Shown here piece after piece: positions 46,976-62,504 of a stretch of 64,000 nucleotides of DNA (position 1 is the first letter of the stretch; every line of letters starts with the position of its first letter). Where the stretch lies: NCBI RefSeq assembly GCF_009914755.1, contig NC_060930.1, one strand, 5' to 3'. The position numbers were made by a program, and so were the translations under genes. The notes beneath the pieces were generated by a model. That model saw only the letters and a program-made list of their open reading frames with translations. It searched no databases and was not told where the DNA came from. Source of the stretch: the human T2T-CHM13v2.0 reference genome, Homo sapiens.

Positions 46976-47204
46976 AGTGTCGGGAGGTCCCTGCAGCACA
47001 TCAGAGGGCCAGCCTTGAGGCAGCCCACTAGACCCTGCTCTACTGCAGTATAATAGAGCAACTGCTCATCTTGAAGCTGTTGCTCAAGAAGCCAAACCAA
47101 CGGGCCTAGTGTTTGCTTTGCGTTGAGCATCTCTCTCTCAGTGCTGTTTCAGGTGATGATGGCACACACTATCTCAAAGTTCTGTGCCTCCCACATTGTT
47201 TCAG

Positions 47205-47567
47205 GATTCTTCATCATGGTGTGATCTCAGCAGTTTTGAATTCTTTGAAGAAGCAGATTTTTCACCTAGCCAACATCACACAGGCAAAGCCCTACAGCTT
47301 CAGCAAAGAGAGGGCAATGGGACTAAACCTGCAGGAGAACCTAGCCCAAGGGTGAACAAACGTATGTTGAGTGAGAGTTCACTTGACCCACCCAAGGTCT
47401 TACCTCCTGCAAGGCACAGCACAATTCCACTGGTCATCCTTCGAAAAAAACGGGGCCAGGCCAGCCCCTTAGCCACTGGAGACTGTAGCTCCTTCATATT
47501 TGCTGACGTCAGCAGTTCAACTCCCAAGCGTTCCCCTGTCAAAAGCCTACCCTTCTCTCCCTCGCAG
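47205..47567 (+). CDS. MYB: MYB alternative in-frame exon 9B (121 aa; long p89 isoform)
   Basis: tttcag|GAT...CAG|gtagaa; 363 nt, open; ends TPKRSPVKSLPFSPSQ, a motif shared with A-/B-Myb. Confidence 0.93.
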
Positions 47568-48403
47568 GTAGAACACAATTTCTGCACAGCTGTTACTCAT
47601 TTTCAACAGACACCTGAGCCTTAATAATCTAGAAACTAATACTTCGGAACAAATGACTAATTACTGCTGCCTTTGCTGATTTCATTCTGTCGTTGAATCT
47701 AGCTGTTGCTAAGTTATACTGCCTCCCAAAGTTTAGGCTGTCTGCAGGCTAACTGTTGATTTTGGCATCATTCTCTCTCTTTTACTTTTGGGTGGTTTTG
47801 AAAGATAGTTGCATGAAACGTACTTTTATTTCCTTCAACACTAGAGTTTAACATTTCTGTCCCTTTCTTTTTCTCCCATCTGATCCCTCCCTTTAAAATT
47901 GTTAACATCATTTCTTCCTCGTTGTTCATTTATTCTTATGCGATTCACTGACCCAGGGGAGGAGGGAACCAAATTGTGTTTATATAACATTTGGGTTGCA
48001 ACTAGAAAATTTAAAGCTAGAAAATTTAAAGGTTCCAATTCATCTTTAAATGGAAGAGTTTGGGAAGAGGATGAGAAACAAATGCTTAAGGAAAAGAACA
48101 TATTTTTAATTTCAGTTTCTCAACATTGGCTCTTTTGAGTTGTGCCATACTATTTTACTAGTGCAGTTTTTGCCAAGGAATATTTTTATTTCATACAGCT
48201 TTTTTAAGGCATGAAAATCACAATTCTTATCAGAGATTTGTGTTCCTAAATTATTTAAATAATTAAATTAATAGATAATTTGGCACTTTAAAACATTTTT
48301 CCAATTGTATCTGTTGAATTTGTTTTAAGAACAGATTTAGGTATGATATAGGTATATACATTTGGGAAACACTGAATCAAACAAAGTTACAAGTAGGTTT
48401 CTT

Positions 48404-48525
48404 AGCTGGGCATAGTGGCATGGGCCTGTAGTCCTAGCTACTGGGGAAGCTAAGGCAAGAGGATTGCTTAAGCACAGGAGTTCAAGTTCAGCCTGGTGAA
48501 CATAGCGAGATCCCATTTCTTTAAA
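48404..48525 (+). mobile_element. FLAM-like Alu monomer
   Basis: agctgggcatagtggc...gttcaag single arm. Confidence 0.72.
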
Positions 48526-49151
48526 AACTTTCTTTTTTTTAACTGCAGGCCTTCTCAGAGTTATTAATATGCCGTTGTGCCTTGTGAATTTCCAGGAGGA
48601 GATTATGATATGTTGTGTTTCCCAAATTTATTTTACCTTGGAATTGTTTAAGGAACACCTAGTTTTTTCCCAGAACTTTAGTGTTCTGAGAGACACAGTT
48701 TATTATTCAAGAATTTTCCATATAATGTAAACCTTCTGTAATACTAATTTTGGTTCATAGATTATTAAAGAGAAAAAACAAAGTATGAAAGGAAACTATT
48801 AATTATTAACTATTATTTTCCCCAAAATCACTAAAGCCTTTTAAATGTTAATAAAGAACACATCTCATTCTCTTTAATGACAAGTGTCATTTATTGAGAG
48901 TATTTTCTCACAGTTTTGCAAGTTTTTCAGCAATGACCCTAAATTTTATTTCTTGGAAACCACACCCAAATCCTGGGTGCTCAATTGAAATAAAACAATA
49001 CCCTAGTCAATATAACATGCTTGTTAGCATCTTTATTATTTAATATAGTGGGTCAGGAAAACATTCTTGTTATCTAGGTGTGATTTTTAAATTGGGGAGA
49101 ATAAAGAATTACCATCTAATCTAAGTATTTTTTCTTTCTCTCCATATTTAG

Positions 49152-49294
49152 TTCTTAAACACTTCCAGTAACCATGAAAACTCAGACTTGGAAATGCCTT
49201 CTTTAACTTCCACCCCCCTCATTGGTCACAAATTGACTGTTACAACACCATTTCATAGAGACCAGACTGTGAAAACTCAAAAGGAAAATACTGT
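49152..49294 (+). CDS. MYB: MYB exon 10
   Basis: ttag|TTC...ACTGT|gtaagt; encodes FLNTSSNHENSDLEMPSLTSTPLIGHKLTVTTPFHRDQTVKTQKENT. Confidence 0.97.
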
Positions 49295-49769
49295 GTAAGT
49301 CTTTGGTTCAGGAATAAAATGATTTATCTTATTTACTTATATTTAATTAATGGAATATAGTTCCCAGATGTCTGATCCACTTGTATGTGCATAATTTTAC
49401 TGACCATTTATATATAATCATGTCTATTCCCACATTGAATATATCTGTCCTGGGCATATTACAACTACCTACAGGTAGAAGATGGGAAGATAAACTAGAT
49501 TCCTTTTGTAACTTACTCCAAAATTTCCTATATATGCACAAGTAGTTTTCATAAAACTTTTCCATTCGGTTTGTTTGTTCCCTCCATAAGGCCTTCTTAT
49601 GAAAGCCAGATTTTCAACCTCCTTTCCTCTCTAATTGTAAGCTTCAGAATAAGAACGAGTATGGTTTCTTACCTAGTTTGTATTTTTATTTAATTTTATT
49701 TGTTTATTATTTATTTATTTTTAGTTTGTATTTTTTAATCTTATTTTTTCTTTTTGAATTTATGTGTAG

Positions 49770-49825
49770 ATAGGACCTCTTCTGACATCCCCAGGAATAT
49801 TATATGATTAGAAGCCAAGGGATGA
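49770..49825 (+). other. MYB: MYB alternative exon 10A (56 nt; immediate stop, 449-aa product)
   Basis: T-rich tract, tgtag|ATAG...GATGA|gtaagc. GT+A gives Val449, followed by TAG. Confidence 0.65.
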
Positions 49826-50328
49826 GTAAGCAGTCATTTTTATTCAATAAAGCCTTAATCAATTCAGAGAAATGGTAGAGAAAGTGTGAATTATCAGAAA
49901 CCTTGAAAAGAAATGCACTGTTATTTCGAAGTACAAAAAGTAAATTTTAAAAGTTTAACATGTTTTGTAGTATGGGCTCTGTTTTCATGAATAGGGAAAC
50001 CTGATTTGTAAATGACATCAGGTCTTCTTGATGCTCATAGTCTTATACAGATCATAGGCACTACATGTGTCTTCAGAGCCATTAAGGAAAGATGTTAAAT
50101 CATTTAATGCTTTTAGTCTTCGAGGTATAATATTTTGAAATATTTGAAAATATGTGATATGCATATTCTCTTTTTCTTAACGAATAACGTGATTAATCAG
50201 CACACCCCAATTCCATATCCGGAACAGAGTTTATTGTATTCAGTGGAAAAATGTTAAATGTAACAGGTAAAGCCATGTAGGGACATTTATTCTTTTGTAT
50301 TGAGCCACTGCTTGTTTTCTTTTTAAAG

Positions 50329-50443
50329 TTTTAGAACCCCAGCTATCAAAAGGTCAATCTTAGAAAGCTCTCCAAGAACTCCTACACCATTCAAACATGC
50401 ACTTGCAGCTCAAGAAATTAAATACGGTCCCCTGAAGATGCTA
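50329..50443 (+). CDS. MYB: MYB exon 11 (TPTPF motif)
   Basis: aaag|TTTT...CTA|gtaagt; encodes FRTPAIKRSILESSPRTPTPFKHALAAQEIKYGPLKML. Confidence 0.97.
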
Positions 50444-50533
50444 GTAAGTTCTAGAAAAGTTTTTGGATTTCATTGGTTTATTAGTCCCATTAGGAGTTCT
50501 CTCTGATGCAAAAATACCCACTCTTCCGTTTAG

Positions 50534-50659
50534 CCTCAGACACCCTCTCATCTAGTAGAAGATCTGCAGGATGTGATCAAACAGGAATCTGATGAATCTG
50601 GAATTGTTGCTGAGTTTCAAGAAAATGGACCACCCTTACTGAAGAAAATCAAACAAGAG
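50534..50659 (+). CDS. MYB: MYB exon 12 (two IKQE SUMO sites, K503 and K527)
   Basis: ttag|CCT...GAG|gtaaac, after a 90-nt intron; encodes PQTPSHLVEDLQDVIKQESDES...KKIKQE. Confidence 0.97.
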
Positions 50660-51040
50660 GTAAACACGCAACCCTTTGGAAGCAACAAGCTGAGAATCCT
50701 GCCCCCTTTATTCCTTGTGTGCAGCTTGATGTGTCTGCCATTGGCACTGTGCAACACCACGACTTTTCGTGCAAGATTTTCATACAAGGTGCAGCGAAAA
50801 GGTACTGCCAGACTGTAGGCATCATCAACCTTTCCTTTGGGAAGCCAAGCCATCTCTATCTACTTCATGTTTGGACAGAAAACATACTAGAGAGTATCAA
50901 GAAAAGGGAGGGAAAGAGGTTTTTAATGTACTTTTAAACATTACTGATTATATAAAGTTGATATTTCATTTTTAGATGTGAAGAATTGGAATTTAAATTA
51001 AAATAATAGTATCTTTAATTAATTGTATTAAAAAAAGGGA

Positions 51041-51348
51041 GGCTGGGCGCGGTGGCTCATACCTGTAATCCCAGCACTTTGGGAGGCTGAGGTGGGCAGA
51101 TCACAAGGTCAGGAGTTCGAGATCATCCTGGCTAACATGGTGAAACCCCGTATCCACTAAAAATACAAAAAAATTAGCTGGGTTTGGTGGCGGGCGCCTG
51201 TAGTCCCAGCTACTCAGGAGTCTGAAGCAGGATTATGGTGTGAACCCGGGAGGCAGATCTTGCAGTGAGCCAAGATCGTACCACTGCACTCCAGCCTGGG
51301 AGACAGCAAGACTCCGTCTCAAAAAAAATAAAAATTAAAATTAAAAAA
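51041..51348 (+). mobile_element. Alu (AluY-like), intron 12
   Basis: Dimer with Y-type catcctggctaac. Confidence 0.9.
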
Positions 51349-51882
51349 GAGAATCTAACCTGCAAGGATCAAAGTTTTAGCTTGTTGGCAACAGCTGTTT
51401 TCCACCAGGTTAGATACAGTGCTTCTTGAATTTATTTTCATGTAAAGATAAGTATTTTTTTTTATAGCTAAAAATCTGATTTGATTATTTAGTAATGGAG
51501 AATTTTACCAGAATGTGATTAAAAACCAGTCTTTTGTCACCAAAAGATCTTTTATGTCACCAAAATAAAATCCTTGACGGATACAACACTACTAGGTGTA
51601 TCATTAAAATATATTCTTAATAGAATAAACACCTAGAATCAGAACATTGGTTGAAAACGTAGGAGCTTTACAGGGGCAGTAAATTTGGAGCTAGTCACAT
51701 TTCAAATTTGCCATCAGTGTTTCTTTGTTGAATCCAGAAGATAGAGCAAATTGAGCTGATAGTGTAAGTTAGCAACATAGTTTTATAAAAGTATTTGAGG
51801 GACTGGCCAGAAATATACTCCTGACTGTACATGTTTCATAGGAAGTTCTAGAAACAACAAAGCACTTTCTATATGCTTTTAG

Positions 51883-51993
51883 GTGGAATCTCCAACTGAT
51901 AAATCAGGAAACTTCTTCTGCTCACACCACTGGGAAGGGGACAGTCTGAATACCCAACTGTTCACGCAGACCTCGCCTGTGGCAGATGCACCG
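51883..51993 (+). CDS. MYB: MYB exon 13 (completes the EVES motif)
   Basis: ttag|GTG...CCG|gtaagt; encodes VESPTDKSGNFFCSHHWEGDSLNTQLFTQTSPVADAP. Confidence 0.97.
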
Positions 51994-52611
51994 GTAAGTA
52001 CGTGTGCACCAGCCCCCAAGTTGTTATGTGACACTGGTGCCTCATGAAATCCTGTGTGTGGCATAGGGCTGCTGCGGTTTCAGCACTCCCTCTTTAACAC
52101 ATCTTATTTCTAAATGTTCTCCTGCACATGATTTTTAAAAAATGATTATTAATGTAGAGTATAAAGTTGAGATTTTTTCATGTATTAGAAACATTGCAGA
52201 CTTTTTCATTATTTGTTTTCTCATTATTTGAGTGCCTTGGCCATTTAAAAAAATCTACATGGATATAAAAACTATGTTCATTTATATATTTTCCTTTATT
52301 TGTCTTCTAAATAATATTGTCTTCTTGTTAAGTTGTCTCTTGTTTGGTTTGTGTAGCATCTCATATGGTATCAACCACGTTGTCTATAGTAGATGCCCAG
52401 TATTGTACCCAATTGCTTTGGGTTACTACCACCATTTTTAAAGTTTATAATTTGTGAAGGGTTGTCCTTATGTCTTAAGGAAAATCAGAGCTAATAACAG
52501 CTGCTAAGATTTATTTAGTAGGTACTAAGTGGTAAGTACTGCTCTAGGGGCTTTCGATGAATTGATTCAGTTAATTCTCACAATTATCCTGTAAGGTTGG
52601 TATTATTTTTA

Positions 52612-52996
<385 letters not shown>

Positions 52997-53460
52997 TAAT
53001 AAGGGATGGTGCTGGGTTGGAACTCAGAAGGTCTTGTTCTAAATTCCCTACTTTTCACCATTTTTTGCCAATAATTTATAGCTCTAAAATATTGATAGTT
53101 CTGTACCAATATATGAAATAAAGTGTTCTCTCCCCAGAACTTAGTAAATCTTCTATTTTGAAAGGCATGTATTTATTAATTCATTTAGCAGATGTTTTTT
53201 GAGTGCCTAACACATGCCTAGAACTCTGGGATCCCAAAGGAGCTTTGTGTTGTGGTGATGTTTGCCACAATGGGATTAAGGTTCAGACATAGTTGATTTC
53301 TCCTTTTAGCTCATAGTGGGGAGAATTTCTGGCAGATGACTGCATTTTTTTATGCTAATGTGTATCATCTCATAGTAATCTACTCTCCACAGTGTTAGAA
53401 AAATGTGGCTCTCATATTATCCAACCTCATTTAAATTTCAAATTATTCTCTTCCCTTTAG

Positions 53461-53568
53461 AATATTCTTACAAGCTCCGTTTTAATGGCACCAGCATCAG
53501 AAGATGAAGACAATGTTCTCAAAGCATTTACAGTACCTAAAAACAGGTCCCTGGCGAGCCCCTTGCAG
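53461..53568 (+). CDS. MYB: MYB exon 14
   Basis: tttag|AAT...CAG|gtaatt; encodes NILTSSVLMAPASEDEDNVLKAFTVPKNRSLASPLQ. Confidence 0.97.
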
Positions 53569-53626
53569 GTAATTACTATTCCAACATTGGTATTTTAAAA
53601 TTCATTCACTGAAAAACTGTCATCTT

Positions 53627-53666
53627 TGGTGGTGGTGGTGGTGGTGGTGATGGTAGTGCTGGTGGT
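53627..53666. repeat. (GGT)n trinucleotide repeat
   Basis: tggtggtggtgg...gatggtagtgctggtggt. Confidence 0.85.
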
Positions 53667-53959
53667 CTGTTTTTCGTTTTCAACATTTTAGACATAGGGG
53701 AGTAATGCTTTTATACAATTCTTGATGTCTAGAAAAATCCAATAATTCCTTTTTGCTACTCATATGAGACATGCTAGAAATTTTTATCAGTGCAGATTCC
53801 CCAAAGCATGATGAAATGAAACATTTCTTACTGTGACTGAGACTAAGATGTATTACACGTGTGTCACTATCTTCTTCTGCCCTCAAATGTTTTATAAAAA
53901 TATATCAATATAGTTTACTTTATGTTCCAAATTTTTTATTTTTTATGCTGTATCCCTAG

Positions 53960-53992
53960 GCAACCAAAGCTCAGAGACTGTTCCAATTTTAA
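53960..53992 (+). CDS. MYB: Probable MYB alternative exon 14A, coding part (ATKAQRLFQF*)
   Basis: T-rich tract plus ccctag|GCA ACC AAA...TTT TAA in phase 0 with exon 14. The 3' boundary is unknown. Confidence 0.5.
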   Translation, partial: ATKAQRLFQF

Positions 53993-54516
53993 ATGAAGTC
54001 TGAAATTAGTCAGACAGAAAATAATTGCAATGTATTTGACTGTCAGAATAAGAAAGTCAACTGTCAATGTTGTGAGGCCGATCTGAAGTTGACCATCTGC
54101 TGTCAGGTTTTAATATCAAAAGAGATTTCCCTTGTAACCCTAAAGTGGGTGTGTGTTGATGAAATATAACCAATTCCAAATTAATCCTGAGCCAAATGTA
54201 AATAAGAATGCAAATTTTGCTTCCCTAAATTATTTAAAGCAGTTTCTGACATTAAATAGCCCAATACCCAGCCACCTGCAGAGCCCTCTCCTCCATCCCC
54301 CTGTGCCATGCAGAGGGAAACTTCATAACCCTAGAGGAAGTGAAGAGCCTGGATTCAGAAGCTGAAGGTCATATTTCTTGCTGTAAGTTAAATGGCACGA
54401 TCATAGGACAGCAGCCTTTGAGTCTGCCCATTACCTTAAAGGGATTTCCCATTCTTGTGATAGTTTCTCCTTCCAAATTGTGAGAATCTGAAAACTTGCC
54501 CGGTAAGTATTTGTGA

Positions 54517-54846
<330 letters not shown>

Positions 54847-54991
54847 AGTGCGTAGTATTATTGTAAAATAAGGATTGCAAGCACATTTTGTTTAATTAAA
54901 TCAGATTGCTTCCTTCCTGGCCTCTCTCTGACAGCAATTGTTTTGGTAAAATGGCTGTGGACTGGAATGTGAGACAGGGAGTCAGTATTTA

Positions 54992-55501
<510 letters not shown>

Positions 55502-56031
55502 CTAAGTTACTTGGCTCTTGGTTTCTAGAGAACAGAATTCAACTACTGCTATTCGTGTTTTAATTAAGTTAGATTAAGTTTTGCATATATTTTCTAACCT
55601 AGTCTGGGGCCAACTTGTATTTGTAGTAGTACAGAAAAAGTCTGTTCTAAATTTCAAAAAGCCAACACATCAATATACTTGGGGACAATTACCATTACAT
55701 AAGTTGAAACCCATAGTTCAGTATTGAGCTTTATCAGTATATTTGTATTTTATTTAATGGAAATATTGGTTATCTTTGAAACTCAAAATTAAGTTATAGC
55801 TCTATTTTATTAATCTGTATTCTCCTGTCTATCAGTGAGTCATATTGGCACTTTATGAATTCTAACATCTGTACACTGAGATTAAGTTGTGTATGGTGAA
55901 GGTAATATTTGTCAATTCTATCAAACTGAATAATTGAGACTTGAAAGTTAATTTTAGAGTCAATACTCCTGTCTAAACCATATAGTTTACTGGTTTACAC
56001 TGACCAGATATATTTTAATAATCTGCTATAA

Positions 56032-56656
<625 letters not shown>

Positions 56657-56660
56657 TTAA

Positions 56661-56956
<296 letters not shown>

Positions 56957-57982
56957 ATTTAATCTGCTATAATAGATACTAATTTATTTTAAGAAATACT
57001 TAGTGAATGTTGTTCTACATACTTGCCAATTGGGAGGAAAAAAGAAATATTCACTAAATGAATGAATGTTATACACCAAGTATCTCCTTCATTTTATGTC
57101 ATGGAGTTCTAGCTTCTGATATCACAGAAATATGTGATTTCTAAAATGTTTCAGACTATTGTGATAAGTATTGGAAAATGCATCAAGTGACTCTAAATAT
57201 TTAAACATACATCACCTATATTTCATATAATCCTGATTCAATAATATTTCTATAGATTTTTTATGCAATTTGGTAATTTTGTTTGTTTGAAACACAGTGC
57301 TATTTCATATATTTCTATTGATAATCCAATTTGACCTAATTAGGCATATTTCTCACACATGGTATTATTGAACATATTGCACATTTATTAAATGATATGT
57401 ATTTTACTTAAGAGTACTTTATATAATCTATAATTTTTGTAATTTGTACTTATAATAAATCAAATATTAAGTGGGATTTTAGCCAAACCATCTAGACATT
57501 TTTGTCATAATGTTTTTATTAAAACAGCAAAATAGGAGTTTCAAAATATTTTAAAATTTGAATACTTCTAAAATGTAAAATGTTTGCAACTGGTGTAATG
57601 CAGTTGATTGTCTATCCCTCTAAACTGTCTAAATAACTTAGGTTCAAGAACAGTTTATTGAAGAACATAGGAACTGCGCAATTCTGTGTTTTATCATTTC
57701 AGTTTTAATCACCCCGGCTTGATTATGGCAACAACATTTTAGACAAGCAATTATTACTATTTTTGAGGCCCATATACTGGGCCATTATGGTTTTGCTTCT
57801 AACGTACATATAAATGCACATGCAATATATATAAATTATGTTTGCTGTTTTAAAATTAGAAATGCCGAGAAGCTATGTGTTTGACATTTTATTATAAATT
57901 TTGTACACACATAGATGTATGGAAAATATACTATGTTCTAGAGTCAACAATTGTTATCATTTTGCCATATTTACCTCATCTC

Positions 57983-58926
<944 letters not shown>

Positions 58927-59173
58927 GAAGTATTTTAAAGTAAATTCCAACTAATATAACATTTTATTCTCATGTACTTCCAGATGTGTCTCTAAAAATA
59001 GACATTTTTATATATAACCTAATACCATCATTACATATTTAACAATAATTCTTTAATCTTCTCATTCTCAGGTATATTTAAATTTTCCCATTAATCCAAA
59101 AAAGAATCAAAATTGAAACAATTTCACACATTGCATTTGGTTAAGCCTCTTAAATCTCTTTTACTCTCTAGTC

Positions 59174-59340
59174 CAGTGCTGTCTAATAGAACTTCTACAG
59201 TGATGTGAAGGAAATATCTAATATGCTGCTATCCACTATGATAGCCAGTGGCTTTTGAGCACTTGAAATATGGCAAGTGCTGCTGAGGAGCAGAATTTTC
59301 AATTTGAATTAATTTAAGTTGCTTTAATTTAATAGCCACA
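59174..59340 (+). mobile_element. MER3-like hAT DNA transposon
   Basis: cagtgctgtctaatagaacttc...ttgagcacttgaaa...aatagccacat. Confidence 0.7.
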
Positions 59341-59477
59341 TTTCCTTACTCTCTTACTGGAATCAGCCATTTCCCCATGGTGCTCTGAATCCTCTTAGTG
59401 AGAAATGGTACATAGACACCAAAATCAGGGTGCTAAGTCTGTCCATTGTTATGTGGTTTGTCATTGAGATACAAATA

Positions 59478-59778
59478 ATTTTTTTTGTTTTGTTTTGAGA
59501 CAGAGTCTCACTCTGTCACCCAGGCTGCAGTGCAGTGGTACAATCTTGGCTTACTGCAACCTCCACCTCCTTGGTCCAAGCTATTCTCCTGCCTCAGTTT
59601 CCCAAGTAGTTGGGATTACAGGCACCCACCACCACACTCAGCTAATTTTCGTATTTTTAGTAGAGACATGGTTTCACCATGTTGGCCAGGCCAGGCTCAA
59701 ACTCCCAACCTCAGGTGATCTGCCTGTCTCAGCCTCCCAAAGTGCTAGGATTACAGGCGTGAGCTGCCACACCTAGCC
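59478..59778 (-). mobile_element. Alu (AluS-like)
   Basis: Reverse dimer. Confidence 0.9.
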
Positions 59779-62464
59779 AAGACTCAGTGAATTTTAATAA
59801 TCCAGAGCTCTCCATGTATCCCCTAATCTATAATCTACAGTGCTTAAATAGAGGCTTTTATAAGCCATTATGTACACTCATGTTATGTTTGTTTTTTTAA
59901 TTACTTAGTCTTTTTCCAAAAGGAATTTGCAACAGCTACATAATCTTATAATTGTTATGTTTCTTTTATATTTTCACAGTTGTTTTAATTTTAAATTGTA
60001 AAAGCAAACAGGATATTCTTATAATAAAAATGTTCTGAGATGTTTTTCATATTTGTGTCTTTCATGTGGCTCAGAATATATGAGATTTTCATGTCATATC
60101 ATTGTCAGTATTCAGCCTTTTCTCCACATTGTGTGGGGTAGAGGATAGAGTCTAGAAGCTTATAAAATGGTCACAAATGAGGAAGTAGAGAAAACATTCA
60201 GCCTAGAAAGCGTGCATTTGTGGTATGAAAGGCACTGTGGAATGCTGCTGGATTCTGCCCTTCAGTAGTTACCCGAGAGAGACCGAGGCAGACGCATAGC
60301 TCCCTCCTCAGCAAGGAGAAAAGAGTTGCCTGCTTTCCTCAGCGTGCTTTCCATTTCCTTTGTTTTGAAAAAAGCACATTATGCTAATCAACTTTCCTTA
60401 AGGTAGACATTTTTATTGGTAGATCAAAAACCGTGCTTTAAGTTATAAGCCTTCTGAACTTCTGTATTTTTCTCTTAAATTATAATTTCCTTTTATTCCT
60501 ATTTAAAACCCAAGTGTAAAAGATGTGTTCATAGGCTTTCTACTCACTCACTTGCCTCTTTTTCGTAACCACAGAATGACAGCCTTAAATTTTAATTTCC
60601 TGACTTGGCTTGCCCATGGCCTGACTTTTTTAAAACAAGGAGTTTAAGTTAAAGAAATTTCTCCAGCCATTATTATTTAAACACATTTACACAGTATCAA
60701 AGAATTTAAAAATGTTGCTAGCAGTTGATACTCCCCTCAGCTTTCGGTTCAGCGTGTTTTAGATTGCTCCTATTTTGTTATTTGTCTATGAACTTTTATA
60801 TTTTTCAAAAAAATAAGGCAAGCCCTTTTTGCCTGATAGGCACTGCTGAGCAGTATAATAAACAAGCATGGGGGCAACAGAACCTGGGTTCCAGGCTAGA
60901 CTCCACTGTTTTCAAACGGCATGACTTTAATTCATCAAGTGAACACAATTAAGCAAAGTATAAGTTTGGGACCATGGAATATCCTTCACTCATCACACAG
61001 GTTACTGTGAAGATCAAATGGATATAATATTGCTTTCAAGATGGCGGCACACTTGCCACTATACACAGGTGATATTATTAGGCAGAGTCGCCACATAGTC
61101 CCTGTCCTTGAAATGCAGGCAAGGAGCCCTCACCAAAGGCCAGGGTGGTTTTTTGTTTTTCGGGTTTTTGTTTGTTTTTTTCATTGTGGTATATTATTTC
61201 CTCTGGCATGCTATTCCCTGTCCCACTCTTACAGAACTGTGTCAGTGGGTCACCAAAAGAGAGAGCTGATTCAACTGATTCCTTGAAATAAAGGTAGTCA
61301 GACCTCGCGGTATGATGGAGATGAAGCAACTGATTTACTGGTTTTCTCTATTTTTCTGCTGTTCGTGTTGTCATTTAAACAGACATGGAAACCGTCTGCA
61401 CACGACAGAGATCTTTCCGAGCCTTTTTCATCTAGTGTGCTGTGCTGACCCGCTCCCCTGGATGCCTGCACACTCATTTGGTTCTCCCTTTTGGTCACTT
61501 TTTTCCACTTACCCTGGCAGAAATTCACGTGGCTGTCAGTAGTAATTCAGTGACCTGCTTTCAAAAAATGTTATAAATTAAGCAGCTTTTCTGTGTATAG
61601 CTTTTGGGTTGAACTGAGAAGGGCTAAGTGAAGGGAGAAGCTATGTTGAGCTCAGAGTCAGAATGCCCTGCCCCAGACATTTTGAGATGTGAATTTTTCA
61701 TTTGTTTTGTTTGGTGACACTTAGAGAGAATAAACATTCTGAGATAAAAATCTTCCTTGGGCAGGCCAGCAAAGATAGAATTGCTTTAGAGCAATTTGGC
61801 ACTTGGTCTTAATCTTAATAGTTTGGAACTCATATGTGACTAAGGAAAAGGATATTGCAAAAAGTTGTGCCACCCTAGGCTATATGATATAAACTTAGAA
61901 AGTCTATCAACGTGAAAGGTGAAGAGACCTCTAGAGACATCGGGGACAAACTCCAAATTTGGGAAAGGTCCATCCACATTTGCAATTGTTAGTTAGGCTT
62001 GGGAAGTGGAGTCATTGGTGGATGAGGCAACTTCCAATCACCATCTCGATTTTTATTTCCCTAACTTTTAAGATTATTTTCTATAGAAAATCAGTAGTGC
62101 TGAAGTTGGAGTCATTTAATTGATTTGTGCCAACCTAGGGAAGCATTTACTCTCGAGAAAAGTTTGGTAACCATTAATCTTACCTTAGCAACATTTCAGT
62201 TTAAGCTTATCTCTGACTTTCCAAAGACAACTAAAGATTTCTACAGTCTCTCTTATAACTGATCCATTTTTTCAAAAGATGTCCCTTTGGGAAGGAATTC
62301 TCATTTTTAGAATTTTAGTCCAGAGGAAGTATTTTTTTTTCAGATAGGTGAAATAGAATAAGCAGAAAATTCTTATTTTTTACTGTTTTATATACCATTG
62401 ATGCCTGCTTATTTTAAAACAAAACACAATAAAAACATGATACCATCTGATGAGTTGCTTTGGT

Positions 62465-62504
<40 letters not shown>

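Noticed and set aside
48003-51565. Short direct repeats (tagaaaatttaaag twice near 48003; tgtcaccaaaa twice near 51535)
   Set aside because: Ordinary slippage duplications with no array structure or functional cue.
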